Counted from the stretch's first letter, positions 17,101 to 25,494 are shown. The stretch: 64,000 nucleotides of DNA from Candidatus Doudnabacteria bacterium (GCA_019659055.1 JAIFWV010000002.1:26047-90046); one strand, 5' to 3'. Notes: generated by a model not told the origin, from the sequence alone. Numbers and translations are program-made.

Positions 17101-17600
17101 ATTTTTTCGTATTCAGACTGTATATTTCTCTGCGCTGTGATATCTCGAAAAATACTCACAGCAAATCGGACCTTGCCCTCGCTGTCCCTGATGGGGCGAG
17201 CTTTGATTTCTGACCAAAACTCTGATCCCGTTTGCCGATTTCTGGAAAGTACAATCTTACTCGGTACCTCGAGCCCGTCCAGAGCAGATCTGGCTGGCAG
17301 GTCATTGAAGCTCACCGGGTTCCCGTTCTCATCAAAAATCTCAAACTTGTTTATGGCGTCGGAAACTAAATGATTTATAATCTCGGATTTATTATTGAAA
17401 TCCATAAGGGCGACCGCTGCGGCATTGGCAAAAACCACCCGGCGGCTTTCATCCTGAACGATTACGCCGTCGGCAATAGCCTGAAAAATTTCTTCTAAGT
17501 TTTGTTTCGCGTCGAGTTGCCCGAAAAGCCGCCCTAAAGTTACATCCGAATTTTGCTGATTAGTGTCTGAAATCATACGATAAACCTTCATTGTGGCCAC
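14106..17600 (-). CDS. multi-domain signalling protein: PAS/GAF sensor domains + GGDEF diguanylate cyclase + EAL phosphodiesterase
   Basis: 1164 aa; several PAS-like repeats, GAF-like segment, RLGGDEFAIL (GGDEF), EELIRWQ and downstream EAL-domain conserved blocks. Confidence 0.85.
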   Translation of the reverse strand: MATMKVYRMISDTNQQNSDVTLGRLFGQLDAKQNLEEIFQAIADGVIVQDESRRVVFANAAAVALMDFNNKSEIINHLVSDAINKFEIFDENGNPVSFNDLPARSALDGLEVPSKIVLSRNRQTGSEFWSEIKARPIRDSEGKVRFAVSIFRDITAQRNIQSEYEKINRRNQHILESITDGFFALDKDWNFTYVNRQAEQLLQRNRSELLGKNIFQEFPNAMQTATYSKLQEALLENKSLRYEEKFSEPGNMPKWIESSVYPAKDGLAVYLRDITPQKTALEANLKLVAIVESSEDAIMGKDLEGNITSWNKGAVRIYGYTEQEILGKNVSVLVPEGFPDDTRMLLAQIRLGRGVNHYETKRKTKDGRILDISVAVSPIKNNSGKVVGASAVARDITKSKQADEGVVFLSEATKLLSSSLDFETTLARVAKLAVPKFADWCGIEILTPDGENTKQVAVEHVDPEKIKFAVELARKYPNHKDPERGTWKIITTGKAEIYKEITDDMLRASSRDPEHYELTSKLGIKSALMVPLVARDKVFGVMSLIWAESNKRYEEKDLKFFEELGRRAGMAIDNALLYREAQIEIRERKFMEQKLQVSEERYRAIIDNTSDGVALLDANGVLTFATMPVQRMLGYTSEEMHGVNIRNIVHPDDAPLVAELLATSLRKPDQTITAQYRCRHANGNYRWIEGVGTNLLHHPSIRAMVVNFRDITERRLAEENLQYQYHHDTLTDLPNRTYLNERFAQAISDAEANGQNLGIMLLDLDRFKQINESLGHALGDRLIQEVALRVRSCVKEDYVLARLGGDEFAILMADIQTEEEAAKLANKILEDFRPAFYLDQHELFISPSIGISLYPYDGREASSLLRNAEAALYRAKEYGRNTYQFYTTTMNSAAYERLTLDSKLRHALENQEFVLFYQPQVDVATGKIVGTEELIRWQRPDMTLILPDRFIPLAEANGLIEPIGEWILKEALKQGKMWHDAGYKMIMAINLSARQFKQKNFENVLIGAIEESKFDARFLELELTESILAENEDNITSIMNALRERGVRFCLDDFSTGYSSLRYIKHFPVDMLKIERTFMKGIPMDMQNSAIAKSIITLGRSLNMEITAEGVESKNQLAFLRENMCNRAQGYLFNGAMPAHSLSEILNEDRYVSVVASLGKPALF

Positions 17601-17805
17601 AAAAAAATACGCCCAGCGTATTTACACTACTTTTAAGTATTTAGCAGTCGATTTATCTTGTGTTTCCTCATATCTTAGTTATTCTACCCCAATAGAGAAT
17701 TTTTTATCGAGCTCTACATGCACAAAAAATACTGGTATAACAACCACTTTATCGTATAAAGATCCAAATATTATTGCTTACGCTGAATTGTCTGTATAAA
17801 ACTAT

Positions 17806-18195
17806 TTAGTTTAACTGCGATGTGCAATGCGGACAGCGGGAAGCTTTGATAGGGATAAGAGTATGGCAAAATGCGCACTCTTTCTCACTTATGTCCGCCT
17901 CGGGCTTGCGGCGGAATCGGTTCATTTGTTTGACTACCAAAAAAATTGCGAAGGCGATAATCAAAAAGTTGATTATGCTATTGATAAACGCGCCGTAAGC
18001 CAACACTGCTCCGGAGGGAAAAGTCCACTTCAGGTTTGAGAAATCGATATTGCCCAAGATAAGTCCAAATGGCGGCAGGATAATGTCATGGACAAGCGAA
18101 TTAACTACTGCACCAAAAGCGGCGCCAATAATGACGCCGATTGCTAAGTCTATGGCATTGCCTTTGATGGCAAATTCTTTGAACTCCTTAAACAT
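17806..18195 (-). CDS. mscL: large-conductance mechanosensitive channel
   Basis: [39 protein letters not shown] canonical MscL. Confidence 0.88.
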   Translation of the reverse strand: MFKEFKEFAIKGNAIDLAIGVIIGAAFGAVVNSLVHDIILPPFGLILGNIDFSNLKWTFPSGAVLAYGAFINSIINFLIIAFAIFLVVKQMNRFRRKPEADISEKECAFCHTLIPIKASRCPHCTSQLN

Positions 18196-18205
18196 CACTA
18201 AAGCA

Positions 18206-18892
18206 TTATAGAGTAAACTTGAATGTCGCCAGGATATCGGCGGAGGCGCCGGTCTTGTGAGTGATTTTGTAAGTCCCCCCGTTTTTGGAAATAAGTAAGA
18301 TCGATGTCCCTGACTTCAAAATAATTTCGCGCGCATCGTATCCGTTGAATTTAACATCTTGGGCGGAGGTGATATTGCCGTCTTCGGCGGATCCGATTTG
18401 TCCCCGGACCGAAGTTATGGCTTTGCTTACAAATTCAATAGTAACCGTTTCACCGGAATTATCTGCACCCGTAGATGCATCGTGAATAACTACGATCTTG
18501 CTCTTGTCGAAATCCCCAGTGGCTTCGTAACTCGGCGGGTACATAACGCTGAAGCTGGTACTGGTATAAGTTTTCCAAGTGTTGGCGTCCTGGCTCGGGC
18601 TTTGCTCTTGGGCTTTATGAATCACTGCCGGTGACCAACGAGCGTCATCGAAAACCATAAAGTCGCGCAGGCCATACACTGGCCAGTAGTAAACCGCAGC
18701 CCCGGCAATGGCCACTGCCAAAAGCAGGAGCAGAAATCCCGAAACATGAAACCGGCTGGGACGTTCGGTCTTGAGATTCATTTGTGGCATTATTCTTTCC
18801 GGTTTTCTAATTTCGGGTTCTGGCGCAAGCATTGGTTCTTCAACCGGTTCTAACGCTTGAGGTTGGATGTTGTTTATTTTCTTTCTTGGCAT
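18206..18892 (-). CDS. hypothetical membrane-anchored protein (228 aa)
   Basis: Pro/Glu-rich N-terminus, single TM helix, extracytoplasmic domain. Confidence 0.5.
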   Translation of the reverse strand: MPRKKINNIQPQALEPVEEPMLAPEPEIRKPERIMPQMNLKTERPSRFHVSGFLLLLLAVAIAGAAVYYWPVYGLRDFMVFDDARWSPAVIHKAQEQSPSQDANTWKTYTSTSFSVMYPPSYEATGDFDKSKIVVIHDASTGADNSGETVTIEFVSKAITSVRGQIGSAEDGNITSAQDVKFNGYDAREIILKSGTSILLISKNGGTYKITHKTGASADILATFKFTL

Positions 18893-19007
18893 GGTTTTGT
18901 TTTAAATGTGTAGGTTAATCATAGCGCTATTAATTAATTTTGGCAATTCCGGCAGAAAAAAACCCGGTACAGCGCTCAAGAGCACTGCCGGGTTTGAGAT
19001 TTCGAGA

Positions 19008-19421
19008 CTACGAGGAAAGGAGACGATATCTGAGGAACACCACATGTTGAGATCCTCGCTGCATTTCAGATCGGCTAAACCTTTCGCCGTCCTGCAGTCT
19101 GCGCCTCCTTGGAAGTTTGGAGAACTGAGCCACGATCATGCCTCCGATTTCCTCATCGCTCGGAGGATTGTCGGGATCATAGAGGGGTATCATGAGCGAG
19201 TATTCGCTCCTGAGAATCCTCTGGACTTCGTGCTGGTCATTACGAATAACACTGAGAAGCCGATCGCCAGACGATAGAATTTGCACCTCCTGGACTGGGA
19301 TTTCGGATGGAGTACCCAAGTTGAACTTTTTTTGGAGCTCACCTGCATCCGAAGTGTTGCATCCGACGAGCATCAGCTGTTTAGGGCCGAGTCCGGTCCT
19401 CTGTCTTTTCGTTGTCAGCAC
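19008..19421 (-). CDS. hypothetical protein (track ORF; start is GTG at 19421, first ATG at 19373)
   Basis: ORF only; overlaps the next ORF in another frame, possible frameshifted single gene. Confidence 0.3.
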   Translation of the reverse strand: MLTTKRQRTGLGPKQLMLVGCNTSDAGELQKKFNLGTPSEIPVQEVQILSSGDRLLSVIRNDQHEVQRILRSEYSLMIPLYDPDNPPSDEEIGGMIVAQFSKLPRRRRLQDGERFSRSEMQRGSQHVVFLRYRLLSS

Positions 19422-19575
19422 TTTTCCCCTCCTCGGGCAATATCGTCCGGTAAGACTTCGCCTCTCCTTGCAAAAAAAGTTGGATGTTGTCTCCTGGATA
19501 GAGTGCCATCAACTCTTGGATCTTCTCGGACGGGATGGATCCCGCGAAAGGATGACAATATTTTACAAGTCCCAT
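19381..19575 (-). CDS. hypothetical small protein (64 aa)
   Basis: SD GAGGAGG directly upstream of ATG at 19575. Confidence 0.4.
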   Translation of the reverse strand: MGLVKYCHPFAGSIPSEKIQELMALYPGDNIQLFLQGEAKSYRTILPEEGKSADNEKTEDRTRP

Positions 19576-19669
19576 ATTCCTCCTCTTACGACTCCTAAGC
19601 TTATACTATATAAGAGCGTTTGTAAACCCTTGATGAATTAACAGTAAGCAACTATAATAATTCGGTCGG

Positions 19670-19743
19670 CGGGGTGTAGTATACCGGTAGTACGCGCCCA
19701 TGGGGTGGGTGTAGACAGGGTTCAATTCCCTGCACCCCGACCA
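19670..19743 (+). tRNA. tRNA-Pro (anticodon GGG)
   Basis: manual fold: acceptor CGGGGTG/CACCCCG (C1:G72), D-stem GTAT/GTAC, anticodon stem CGCCC/GGGTG with loop AUGGGGU (U33, GGG, G37), T-arm CAGGG-TTCAATT-CCCTG, discriminator A, encoded CCA. Confidence 0.8.
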
Positions 19744-20002
19744 AATAACGCTCGCATTGATTGTAAATCTACCGGCCGTAAATTTCTGGTGAAATTTCGG
19801 CCTACTCGCTCGGACCAGTCGTCCTGCGCGGGTTAGATTTACAACAAAGCTCGCTAATTTAATATTATTGTAATAAATAATTTAGAAAAAATCATCACTA
19901 TTTTGTGGTGATTTTTTCTTTGCAAAAAAAAGAGGCTCAAGACCTGCACGTATACCGTGCTAGATCGTGAGCCCCGCTTCTGGCCGAGGTGACCAGAGAT
20001 TG

Positions 20003-20185
20003 CTAACTTCCAAGAGGTGGCGCATCCATCCAGTAGTCTCCGACGTATTTCTTGCGCGGCGGCTTTTCCTGGATCGATCCGGGAGAGTTGATTTCCTCGG
20101 TCCGATACGCGAGCTGGTTTCCATCGCGAACCTTGCTACACTGCCGAATCGGAGGATCGTCGCTCTTCTTGTCAGTCTCGTCCAT
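20003..20185 (-). CDS. hypothetical small protein (60 aa), G+C-rich islet
   Basis: SD AAAGGAG 6 nt before ATG at 20185. Confidence 0.4.
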   Translation of the reverse strand: MDETDKKSDDPPIRQCSKVRDGNQLAYRTEEINSPGSIQEKPPRKKYVGDYWMDAPPLGS

Positions 20186-20386
20186 ACACACTCCTTTGGT
20201 GGAAACGTTGTCAGTCGTCGTCGAATGATTCTCCGCGACGGGGGTCGTCCTCACGCAACAGATTGGGATGAATGCGGCATGGCTTGCTGAAAGCGGAGAT
20301 ATCGGTCCTCGCAGACCGGCGGGTCGGTTTCGCCTCAGCCGATCGATGATCCGGAGGTGGTGAGTCTTTTTCTCTCATACTGCTCC

Positions 20387-20644
20387 TTAATCGTCATGAG
20401 GATGACGAAATCCTTCCGGGGGGCTTCGGCGCTGTCTCTTCGGTTTGGGTTCGCCGTCGCGCCGCCGTTTGAGATGTTCGATCCGCAAGCTATAGACCCG
20501 GACGACATCGTCCTGGCCGAGCTTGCCGGCTCGCAAGATTTTCCTCGCCAGCCGTTCGATCTGCGGCTGAATACCGCGGACGGTGTTCAATGACGGCCTG
20601 CGGCGGCCATCTGATTCGAGCGTATGCGCTGACCAGCAGCTCAT
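20387..20644 (-). CDS. hypothetical small basic protein (85 aa), G+C-rich islet
   Basis: SD AAAGGAGA 8 nt before ATG; Arg/Lys-rich, possible nucleic-acid binding. Confidence 0.45.
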   Translation of the reverse strand: MSCWSAHTLESDGRRRPSLNTVRGIQPQIERLARKILRAGKLGQDDVVRVYSLRIEHLKRRRDGEPKPKRQRRSPPEGFRHPHDD

Positions 20645-20646
20645 CC

Positions 20647-20946
20647 TTAGATCTCCTTTTGCGGGATTATCCGAACCAGATCAAACTTGCAGTCCTCGTC
20701 GTCTACCAGCAGCGGTTCGTACCGGAAGAATTCTCCTTGCAGGTACAGTTGCGTATGACCTCCTGGGTCTGAGGCCAGGATGAGGATTTCACCCGGCCGG
20801 CAAAAACGGTTCAGTTCAGTGTGGCAGGTGTAGTTGAGCCCTCTGTTTGATTTGCGTATGCCGTCTGCGGCAATCGCAAGCTGTCGCGAGCGCGTTTCGT
20901 TCTCGTTTGCCGTCTGGCGCGCTAGTCGATCTTGTCGGACAACCAT
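20647..20946 (-). CDS. hypothetical protein (99 aa), G+C-rich islet
   Basis: SD AAGGAGG 8 nt before ATG at 20946 (track ORF begins at TTG 20988). Confidence 0.45.
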   Translation of the reverse strand: MVVRQDRLARQTANENETRSRQLAIAADGIRKSNRGLNYTCHTELNRFCRPGEILILASDPGGHTQLYLQGEFFRYEPLLVDDEDCKFDLVRIIPQKEI

Positions 20947-21294
20947 TGCAGAATCCTCCTTGGACTCGTTTCGAATTTGTAGGTTCAAATTTTGTAAGAC
21001 AAAAATTTATCTCACAGAGTTTGGACCACAAGCGATAAAAAATCCGACCAGGTGGTCGGTTCATCATAGTTTTCGCTTTAAGCTTGGCAATTAGCGTTTT
21101 CTATATGAACCGACATGCACGGGGACGTAATCAAACTTAACCATGCCCAAAATAATTTGGGTGAGTCGAGTCAATGCGTTGTGCAGAAGGTTTTTCATAT
21201 AGTTATCAACAAACCTAGTATAAGTTTAACAATAATAATGCTCTGCGTCAAATGAAAAGACCAAGAACTTGAGTGTTCCTGGTCTTTTTAGCTC

Positions 21295-21492
21295 TCAGAG
21301 CCAAAGCGATTCCGATTTGGGTAGTTGCGCCAACCCGGTCTTGTTTGCAGAAACCGTACCGGCGCTGGGACACCTGGTTTCGTTCATCTGCTCGGCGCTC
21401 TCGTGAACGTCGCCGCAAGCCAGACATTTACGCTTGCCGCTGTCTCCAACCTTGATACTTCCCTTGAGCGTACCACAACTTTGAGCAACCAT
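21295..21492 (-). CDS. hypothetical zinc-ribbon-like small protein (65 aa)
   Basis: SD AAGGAGG 4 nt before ATG; CGTLKG...CLACGDVHE...C; terminator-like hairpin at 21256-21290. Confidence 0.45.
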   Translation of the reverse strand: MVAQSCGTLKGSIKVGDSGKRKCLACGDVHESAEQMNETRCPSAGTVSANKTGLAQLPKSESLWL

Positions 21493-21662
21493 GACTCCTC
21501 CTTAATTCTGACACTTCGTTTCGACTTCCAAGACATGGCAGAAATTTTGTCTCTGACAAGTCATGCAAAGCCAGTAGCGGCCGATCTTTACGCAATTTTT
21601 ATGTGGGCCGATTTCGATGATCCGAATCTCATCTCGTGTCTTCAATCTCCTCCTCCTCTTAA

Positions 21663-21854
21663 TTATTCTTTGTAAGCTTGAACCGCAAGATTGGCTGACC
21701 TTTGAGCATTCTTATCGGACAACCCGACTGATCGCTCGTGGTTGTAGAGCAGCAACCACAAGTCTTTCTTTTTCCCGGACAAGTAATTAGGCGGCCAAGT
21801 TCGGCTCTCACTGACCGAGTTGTTCATTACTCGGAGCGTTGCTAAATCCCACAT
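21663..21854 (-). CDS. hypothetical small protein (63 aa)
   Basis: SD AAGGAGG 6 nt before ATG. Confidence 0.4.
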   Translation of the reverse strand: MWDLATLRVMNNSVSESRTWPPNYLSGKKKDLWLLLYNHERSVGLSDKNAQRSANLAVQAYKE

Positions 21855-21989
21855 CCATGTCCTCCTTACCAGCCGTTTCCGAGATAAATGTTCACCGGCA
21901 GACGATCCGGGTTAAATCGAATTAGATTGTAATCGCCGTACTGACCCTTGCCGAGTTTGTGTATGAGTTTCATCAGATCTCTGGCTAAA

Positions 21990-22109
21990 TTACGGGCGCC
22001 AAAGATCCTCCTGGGCCACGAAATCCAAAAACTCTTCGCAATCGGCGTATTGGGGCGGGCCACACCTTGAACTTGCCATAATCCTAAAAAACGTTAGACG
22101 GTAATGCAT
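21990..22109 (-). CDS. hypothetical micro-protein (39 aa)
   Basis: perfect SD AAGGAGG + 4 nt + ATG at 22109; not in ORF track because <60 aa; overlaps track ORF 21866..22063 (GTG start) in another frame. Confidence 0.3.
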   Translation of the reverse strand: MHYRLTFFRIMASSRCGPPQYADCEEFLDFVAQEDLWRP

Positions 22110-22282
22110 AGTTCCTCCTTGTAAACAAAAACACCGGCCGCAATGGTCGGTGTGAAGTTTCAATTTCAAATGAAAACTTACCCGGCCAGTGCGTCGGTAT
22201 AAAAGTAAAACCAGAATGAATTAGCCGAATGAATTTTCATAGTATAGTAATTATACACCCAAGTGCTGTCGCTTGTCAAAAA

Positions 22283-23167
22283 TTATTCCAATTTATGGAC
22301 CTTGTCCATGAATGCATCCAATTCTTCTTTGCTGAAAAATTCAATCATGATTTTGCCGGACTCACCCGTTTTCTGGACTTTGACCTTGGTTCCCAATTTC
22401 CCGCGGAGTTCGTTCTCTATAGCCATTGTTTCCGGATCACTGGAAGTCTTCGGGGCTTTGATCATTTTGGGCCTCTGCATGATTTCGCGGGCTTTTTCTT
22501 CTACTTGCCGGACTGTAAGCATATCGGAAACCACCAACTCAAACAGTGCCAGCTGTTTTTCCATTCCGACCACTCCCAGGATTGCCCGGCCGTGCCCTTC
22601 GGAGATAATTCCTTCGGCTATCGCCCTCTGGATTTTGAGCGGCAGGTTGAGCAAACGCAAAGTGTTGGCGACTGTCGTACGGTTTTTCCCCATTTTCTGC
22701 GCCACTTGCTCTTGCGTCATACTATATGCCTCCATGAGCTGTTTGTATGCCGTCGCCTCTTCGATCGGGTCGAGATTGTGTCTCTGAATGTTCTCAATCA
22801 GCGCTAGCTCCAGCTGGAGCTGTTCGGTCATGGCATCGCGCACGATTGCGGGGACTTTCGCAAGGCCTGCAATCTTAGACGCCCGCAAGCGGCGCTCCCC
22901 GACTATCAATTGATAATTACCATCTCCCGTCGGGATGACCACGAGGGGCTGGAGGATACCGTGTTGCTTGATCGAAGTCGCCAGTTCATCAAGATTTTCC
23001 TCGCGGAAAATCTTACGCGGTTGCCACGGATTAGGTTTGATGAGGTTTATGTCGATTTCGGTAAAATGCTCGGGCAAAAGCGCCACCGGCGTCCCCGGCG
23101 GGTCAGTAACCGGCAAGCTTGCCGAAAGTTCATTTGAAAGTATTGATTGTGGGGTGTTTTCTTCCAT
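22283..23167 (-). CDS. parB: ParB/Spo0J-family partition protein (orphan, no adjacent parA)
   Basis: 294 aa; ParB N-terminal box (GILQPLVV..GDGNYQLIVGERRLRASKIAG) and HTH (TQEQVAQKMGKNRTTVANTLRLL). Confidence 0.85.
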   Translation of the reverse strand: MEENTPQSILSNELSASLPVTDPPGTPVALLPEHFTEIDINLIKPNPWQPRKIFREENLDELATSIKQHGILQPLVVIPTGDGNYQLIVGERRLRASKIAGLAKVPAIVRDAMTEQLQLELALIENIQRHNLDPIEEATAYKQLMEAYSMTQEQVAQKMGKNRTTVANTLRLLNLPLKIQRAIAEGIISEGHGRAILGVVGMEKQLALFELVVSDMLTVRQVEEKAREIMQRPKMIKAPKTSSDPETMAIENELRGKLGTKVKVQKTGESGKIMIEFFSKEELDAFMDKVHKLE

Positions 23168-23190
23168 CAGGATTCCTTATAACGATTATA

Positions 23191-23934
23191 TCACGTCGGC
23201 TTCAAAAGCGAATAAATCTTATCCTCAAGTTTGTAGAATTCAGGAGACCTTAGGTTTCTGGGTCGAGGCAGAGTGTTATTTATAATCTTAAGCACGTGCC
23301 CCGGCCGTCCGGATAAAACTGCAATCCGATCGGACAGCTCCAATGCTTCCTGAATGATATGTGAGACCATAATGATGGTAAGCTTGCGTTTATGCCATAT
23401 CTCAAGTAATTCCCGGCGGAGGGTTTCCGCGCTGAAGTAATCGAGCTCCGAGAACGGTTCGTCCAAAAACAAAATTTTGGGATCTGTGGCCATGGCCCGG
23501 GCAATTCCCACGCGCTGGCGCATACCTCCCGAAAGTTCGTGCGGAAAAGATTCCGAAAATTTCTGCAAACCAAACTGCTCGAGTTCCCGCCGAACTACTT
23601 CCTTGCGTTCGGCTTCGGGAATATTGCGGCCAATCAATCCGAGCTCGATATTCTCATAAACTGTCAGCCAAGGCAGAAGCGCAAACTGTTGGAAGACAAA
23701 GCCAAGATCAGACGGATTAATACTCGGCAAGGTGTAGACTTGCCCTTCGAAATCCGTATCCAATCCCGAGAGGGCACGCAAAATCGTCGACTTGCCTGAA
23801 CCAGAAGGGCCGACAATTACAAAAAACTCGCCTTCAGTAATGGACAGGTCGATGTTCTCGAGCGCCAAAAGATGCTTCCCTGGAGCCTCTTGGTAAAATT
23901 TAGTCAGATTGGTTGTTTTGATTATGGGTTTCAT
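23191..23934 (-). CDS. ABC transporter ATP-binding protein (NitT/TauT-like)
   Basis: Walker A GPSGSGKST, signature LSGGMRQR, Walker B ILFLDEP. Confidence 0.88.
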   Translation of the reverse strand: MKPIIKTTNLTKFYQEAPGKHLLALENIDLSITEGEFFVIVGPSGSGKSTILRALSGLDTDFEGQVYTLPSINPSDLGFVFQQFALLPWLTVYENIELGLIGRNIPEAERKEVVRRELEQFGLQKFSESFPHELSGGMRQRVGIARAMATDPKILFLDEPFSELDYFSAETLRRELLEIWHKRKLTIIMVSHIIQEALELSDRIAVLSGRPGHVLKIINNTLPRPRNLRSPEFYKLEDKIYSLLKPT

Positions 23935-24639
23935 TTATTCCTCGAGCATGACATGACTCTTCTCAAGCAAAGGCGTCCAAATAATTTTATTTATAGAAAA
24001 CACGATCAAGAGCAGGCCGAGAATACCAAAAAAAGTGATCGTTGGATGTGTGCTGAATCTTTGAAAAAAAGTTCCCAACCCCGGTTTGACGTTCACGATA
24101 ATTTCTGTGGCGATCAGGGCCTCCCAGCCTTCGCCGAGGCTTATAATCGATCCGGTGATCAAACCCGGTACGGTTACTGGCCAGAGAAAATATCGAAAAT
24201 AATTCCATCCGGATAATCTCGACATCTCAGCCGCTTCCACCCAATCTTTGCGTACGAGCTTCAAGGATGAGATGACATTGAAACAAATCGGCCAGACGAT
24301 AGTGATCGTGAGAAAAAAAATGACGGTAAAATTCGTAGCCCCCCAATAATAAGCAGCAAACGGGACTGCGGCAAAAATCGGAAAGCTCTGCAGGACATCA
24401 AAAAGCGGCAAGGCCACATGAGAACGGGAACCCCGATAAAACAACGCCGCTAAACACCAGCCCAACGCGGCGGCAAGAATGTATGCGGCCAAAAGCCGGA
24501 AAATCGAGATGAAAACATCATAGAATAGCTCCCCTGTGGCAATCTTTACGACTTTAGAGAAAAATAGCAAAAATAAAAAAGGCAGAGCGACAATTAAGAT
24601 CGTAGCCACCAAATGTGCCCGGCTCCGGTAAATTTTCAT
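23935..24639 (-). CDS. ABC transporter permease (NitT/TauT-like)
   Basis: multi-TM permease abutting ATPase gene; track N-terminus (to 24729) is read-through of the tRNA fragment, start at MKIYRS (24639) preferred. Confidence 0.75.
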   Translation of the reverse strand: MKIYRSRAHLVATILIVALPFLFLLFFSKVVKIATGELFYDVFISIFRLLAAYILAAALGWCLAALFYRGSRSHVALPLFDVLQSFPIFAAVPFAAYYWGATNFTVIFFLTITIVWPICFNVISSLKLVRKDWVEAAEMSRLSGWNYFRYFLWPVTVPGLITGSIISLGEGWEALIATEIIVNVKPGLGTFFQRFSTHPTITFFGILGLLLIVFSINKIIWTPLLEKSHVMLEE

Positions 24640-24683
24640 TCGATTTCGGTTTCTATGATTTTGCATTTTTTGTCCCGTACAAA

Positions 24684-24747
24684 TGGTGCCGCTGGTCGGA
24701 ATCGAACCGACATGGCCGTAAGGCCACACGATTTTGAGTCGTGCGTG
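24684..24747 (-). pseudogene. partial duplicate of tRNA-Leu(CAA): 3' 64 nt only (anticodon arm to CCA), no matching 5' half
   Basis: 64-nt segment identical to the corresponding part of the full tRNA-Leu 88 nt away; upstream sequence cannot pair as acceptor stem. Confidence 0.6.
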
Positions 24748-24771
24748 CCCCGCACCAGCAATCTATACAAA

Positions 24772-24858
24772 TGGTGCCGCTGGTCGGAATCGAACCGACA
24801 TGGCCGTAAGGCCACACGATTTTGAGTCGTGCGTGTCTGCCAGTTCCACCACAGCGGC
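24772..24858 (-). tRNA. tRNA-Leu (anticodon CAA), type II with long variable arm
   Basis: acceptor GCCGCTG/CAGCGGC, anticodon stem CACGA/TCGTG with loop CUCAAAA, variable arm TGGCCTTACGGCCAT, T-arm GTCGG-TTCGATT-CCGAC, A73, encoded CCA. Confidence 0.8.
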
Positions 24859-24868
24859 CCCATTTGAA

Positions 24869-24960
24869 TACATTGTATTTGCGGTGCGGGGTAAATCTGC
24901 CAGCCTGCCCCGTAGTGAAGCTTTGCTTCTACTACCAGGGTTCCACTTACCGCGGCCCCA
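24869..24960. other. unexplained structured non-coding segment adjacent to tRNA-Leu (long imperfect hairpins; not foldable as tRNA)
   Basis: GTAGTGAAGC-TTT-GCTTCTACTAC hairpin, CGGGG..CCCCG pairing, GGGGCCGCGG palindrome; 9-bp GGTGCGGGG inverted copy of sequence at 24748-24756. Confidence 0.3.
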
Positions 24961-24980
24961 TCTGTAAACGACAACCTATT

Positions 24981-25487
24981 CTAACTCGAAATGGGTTTTT
25001 TGAAAAGGCCGCGCAAAGCGGCGGCAATGACCGCGGCGATGATAACACTGGCCGCAATATCAATAGGAAAATGTACGCCGACATATACCCGCGCCAGCGA
25101 GCCCAATGACGCCAGGATTATAAACGGCCAAAAATATTTTGTGCCGTAGAATGCAAACGCAAAACTAAAATAAATTACTGTATGACCGGAGGGAAAAGAC
25201 ATGCCATGCTCATTGTCTGCTAAGAGCTGATGAATATTGGCCACGATTTCATAGGGTCTGGGATGATTTACGATCCTTTTGATGACCTCCACGATAAAAA
25301 GACGGGAAACCGCAGCGGCCAATACCGCCAAATAAACATGGGTTCTAAGTCGCTTATCCAGCCACAAGGCCACAATGATAATGGCAAAAACATATAAAAA
25401 TTTCTCAGCAAAAAAGACTCCCAATGTATCGAAGAATTGGGATCGGCCGGCTAATCCATTGATTGCAAGAAAAATTTGTTGGTTCAT
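24981..25487 (-). CDS. PAP2-family phosphatase (undecaprenyl-diphosphatase-like)
   Basis: KRIVNHPRP, SFPSGH, GVHFPIDIAAS = PAP2 motifs; track start 25499 is GTG, ATG at 25487. Confidence 0.75.
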   Translation of the reverse strand: MNQQIFLAINGLAGRSQFFDTLGVFFAEKFLYVFAIIIVALWLDKRLRTHVYLAVLAAAVSRLFIVEVIKRIVNHPRPYEIVANIHQLLADNEHGMSFPSGHTVIYFSFAFAFYGTKYFWPFIILASLGSLARVYVGVHFPIDIAASVIIAAVIAAALRGLFKKPISS

Positions 25488-25494
25488 ATACGGA

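Noticed and set aside
21866-22063. Track ORF 21866..22063 (-) as a gene
   Set aside because: Its start is a GTG with no SD. A 39-aa ORF in another frame (21990..22109) has a perfect AAGGAGG-ATG, so the longer ORF is probably spurious. Both are left at low confidence.
19744-22280. Integrase/att sites defining an integrated element at tRNA-Pro
   Set aside because: No tyrosine or serine recombinase ORF and no direct repeat of the tRNA-Pro 3' end were found in the window. The island is therefore described only as a compositionally distinct small-gene block.
24869-24960. A second tRNA (Tyr/Ser/Sec-like) next to tRNA-Leu
   Set aside because: Despite GC-rich hairpins and a TAAATCTGCC motif reminiscent of tRNA-Tyr anticodon arms, no consistent acceptor stem, T-loop or 3' CCA could be assigned. 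It is kept only as an unexplained structured segment.
24636-24974. Track ORFs 24636..24974 (-), 24613..24825 (+), 24734..24967 (+), 24822..25109 (+)
   Set aside because: They lie entirely over the tRNA-Leu gene, its duplicated fragment and adjacent structured DNA. They are translation artefacts of RNA genes.
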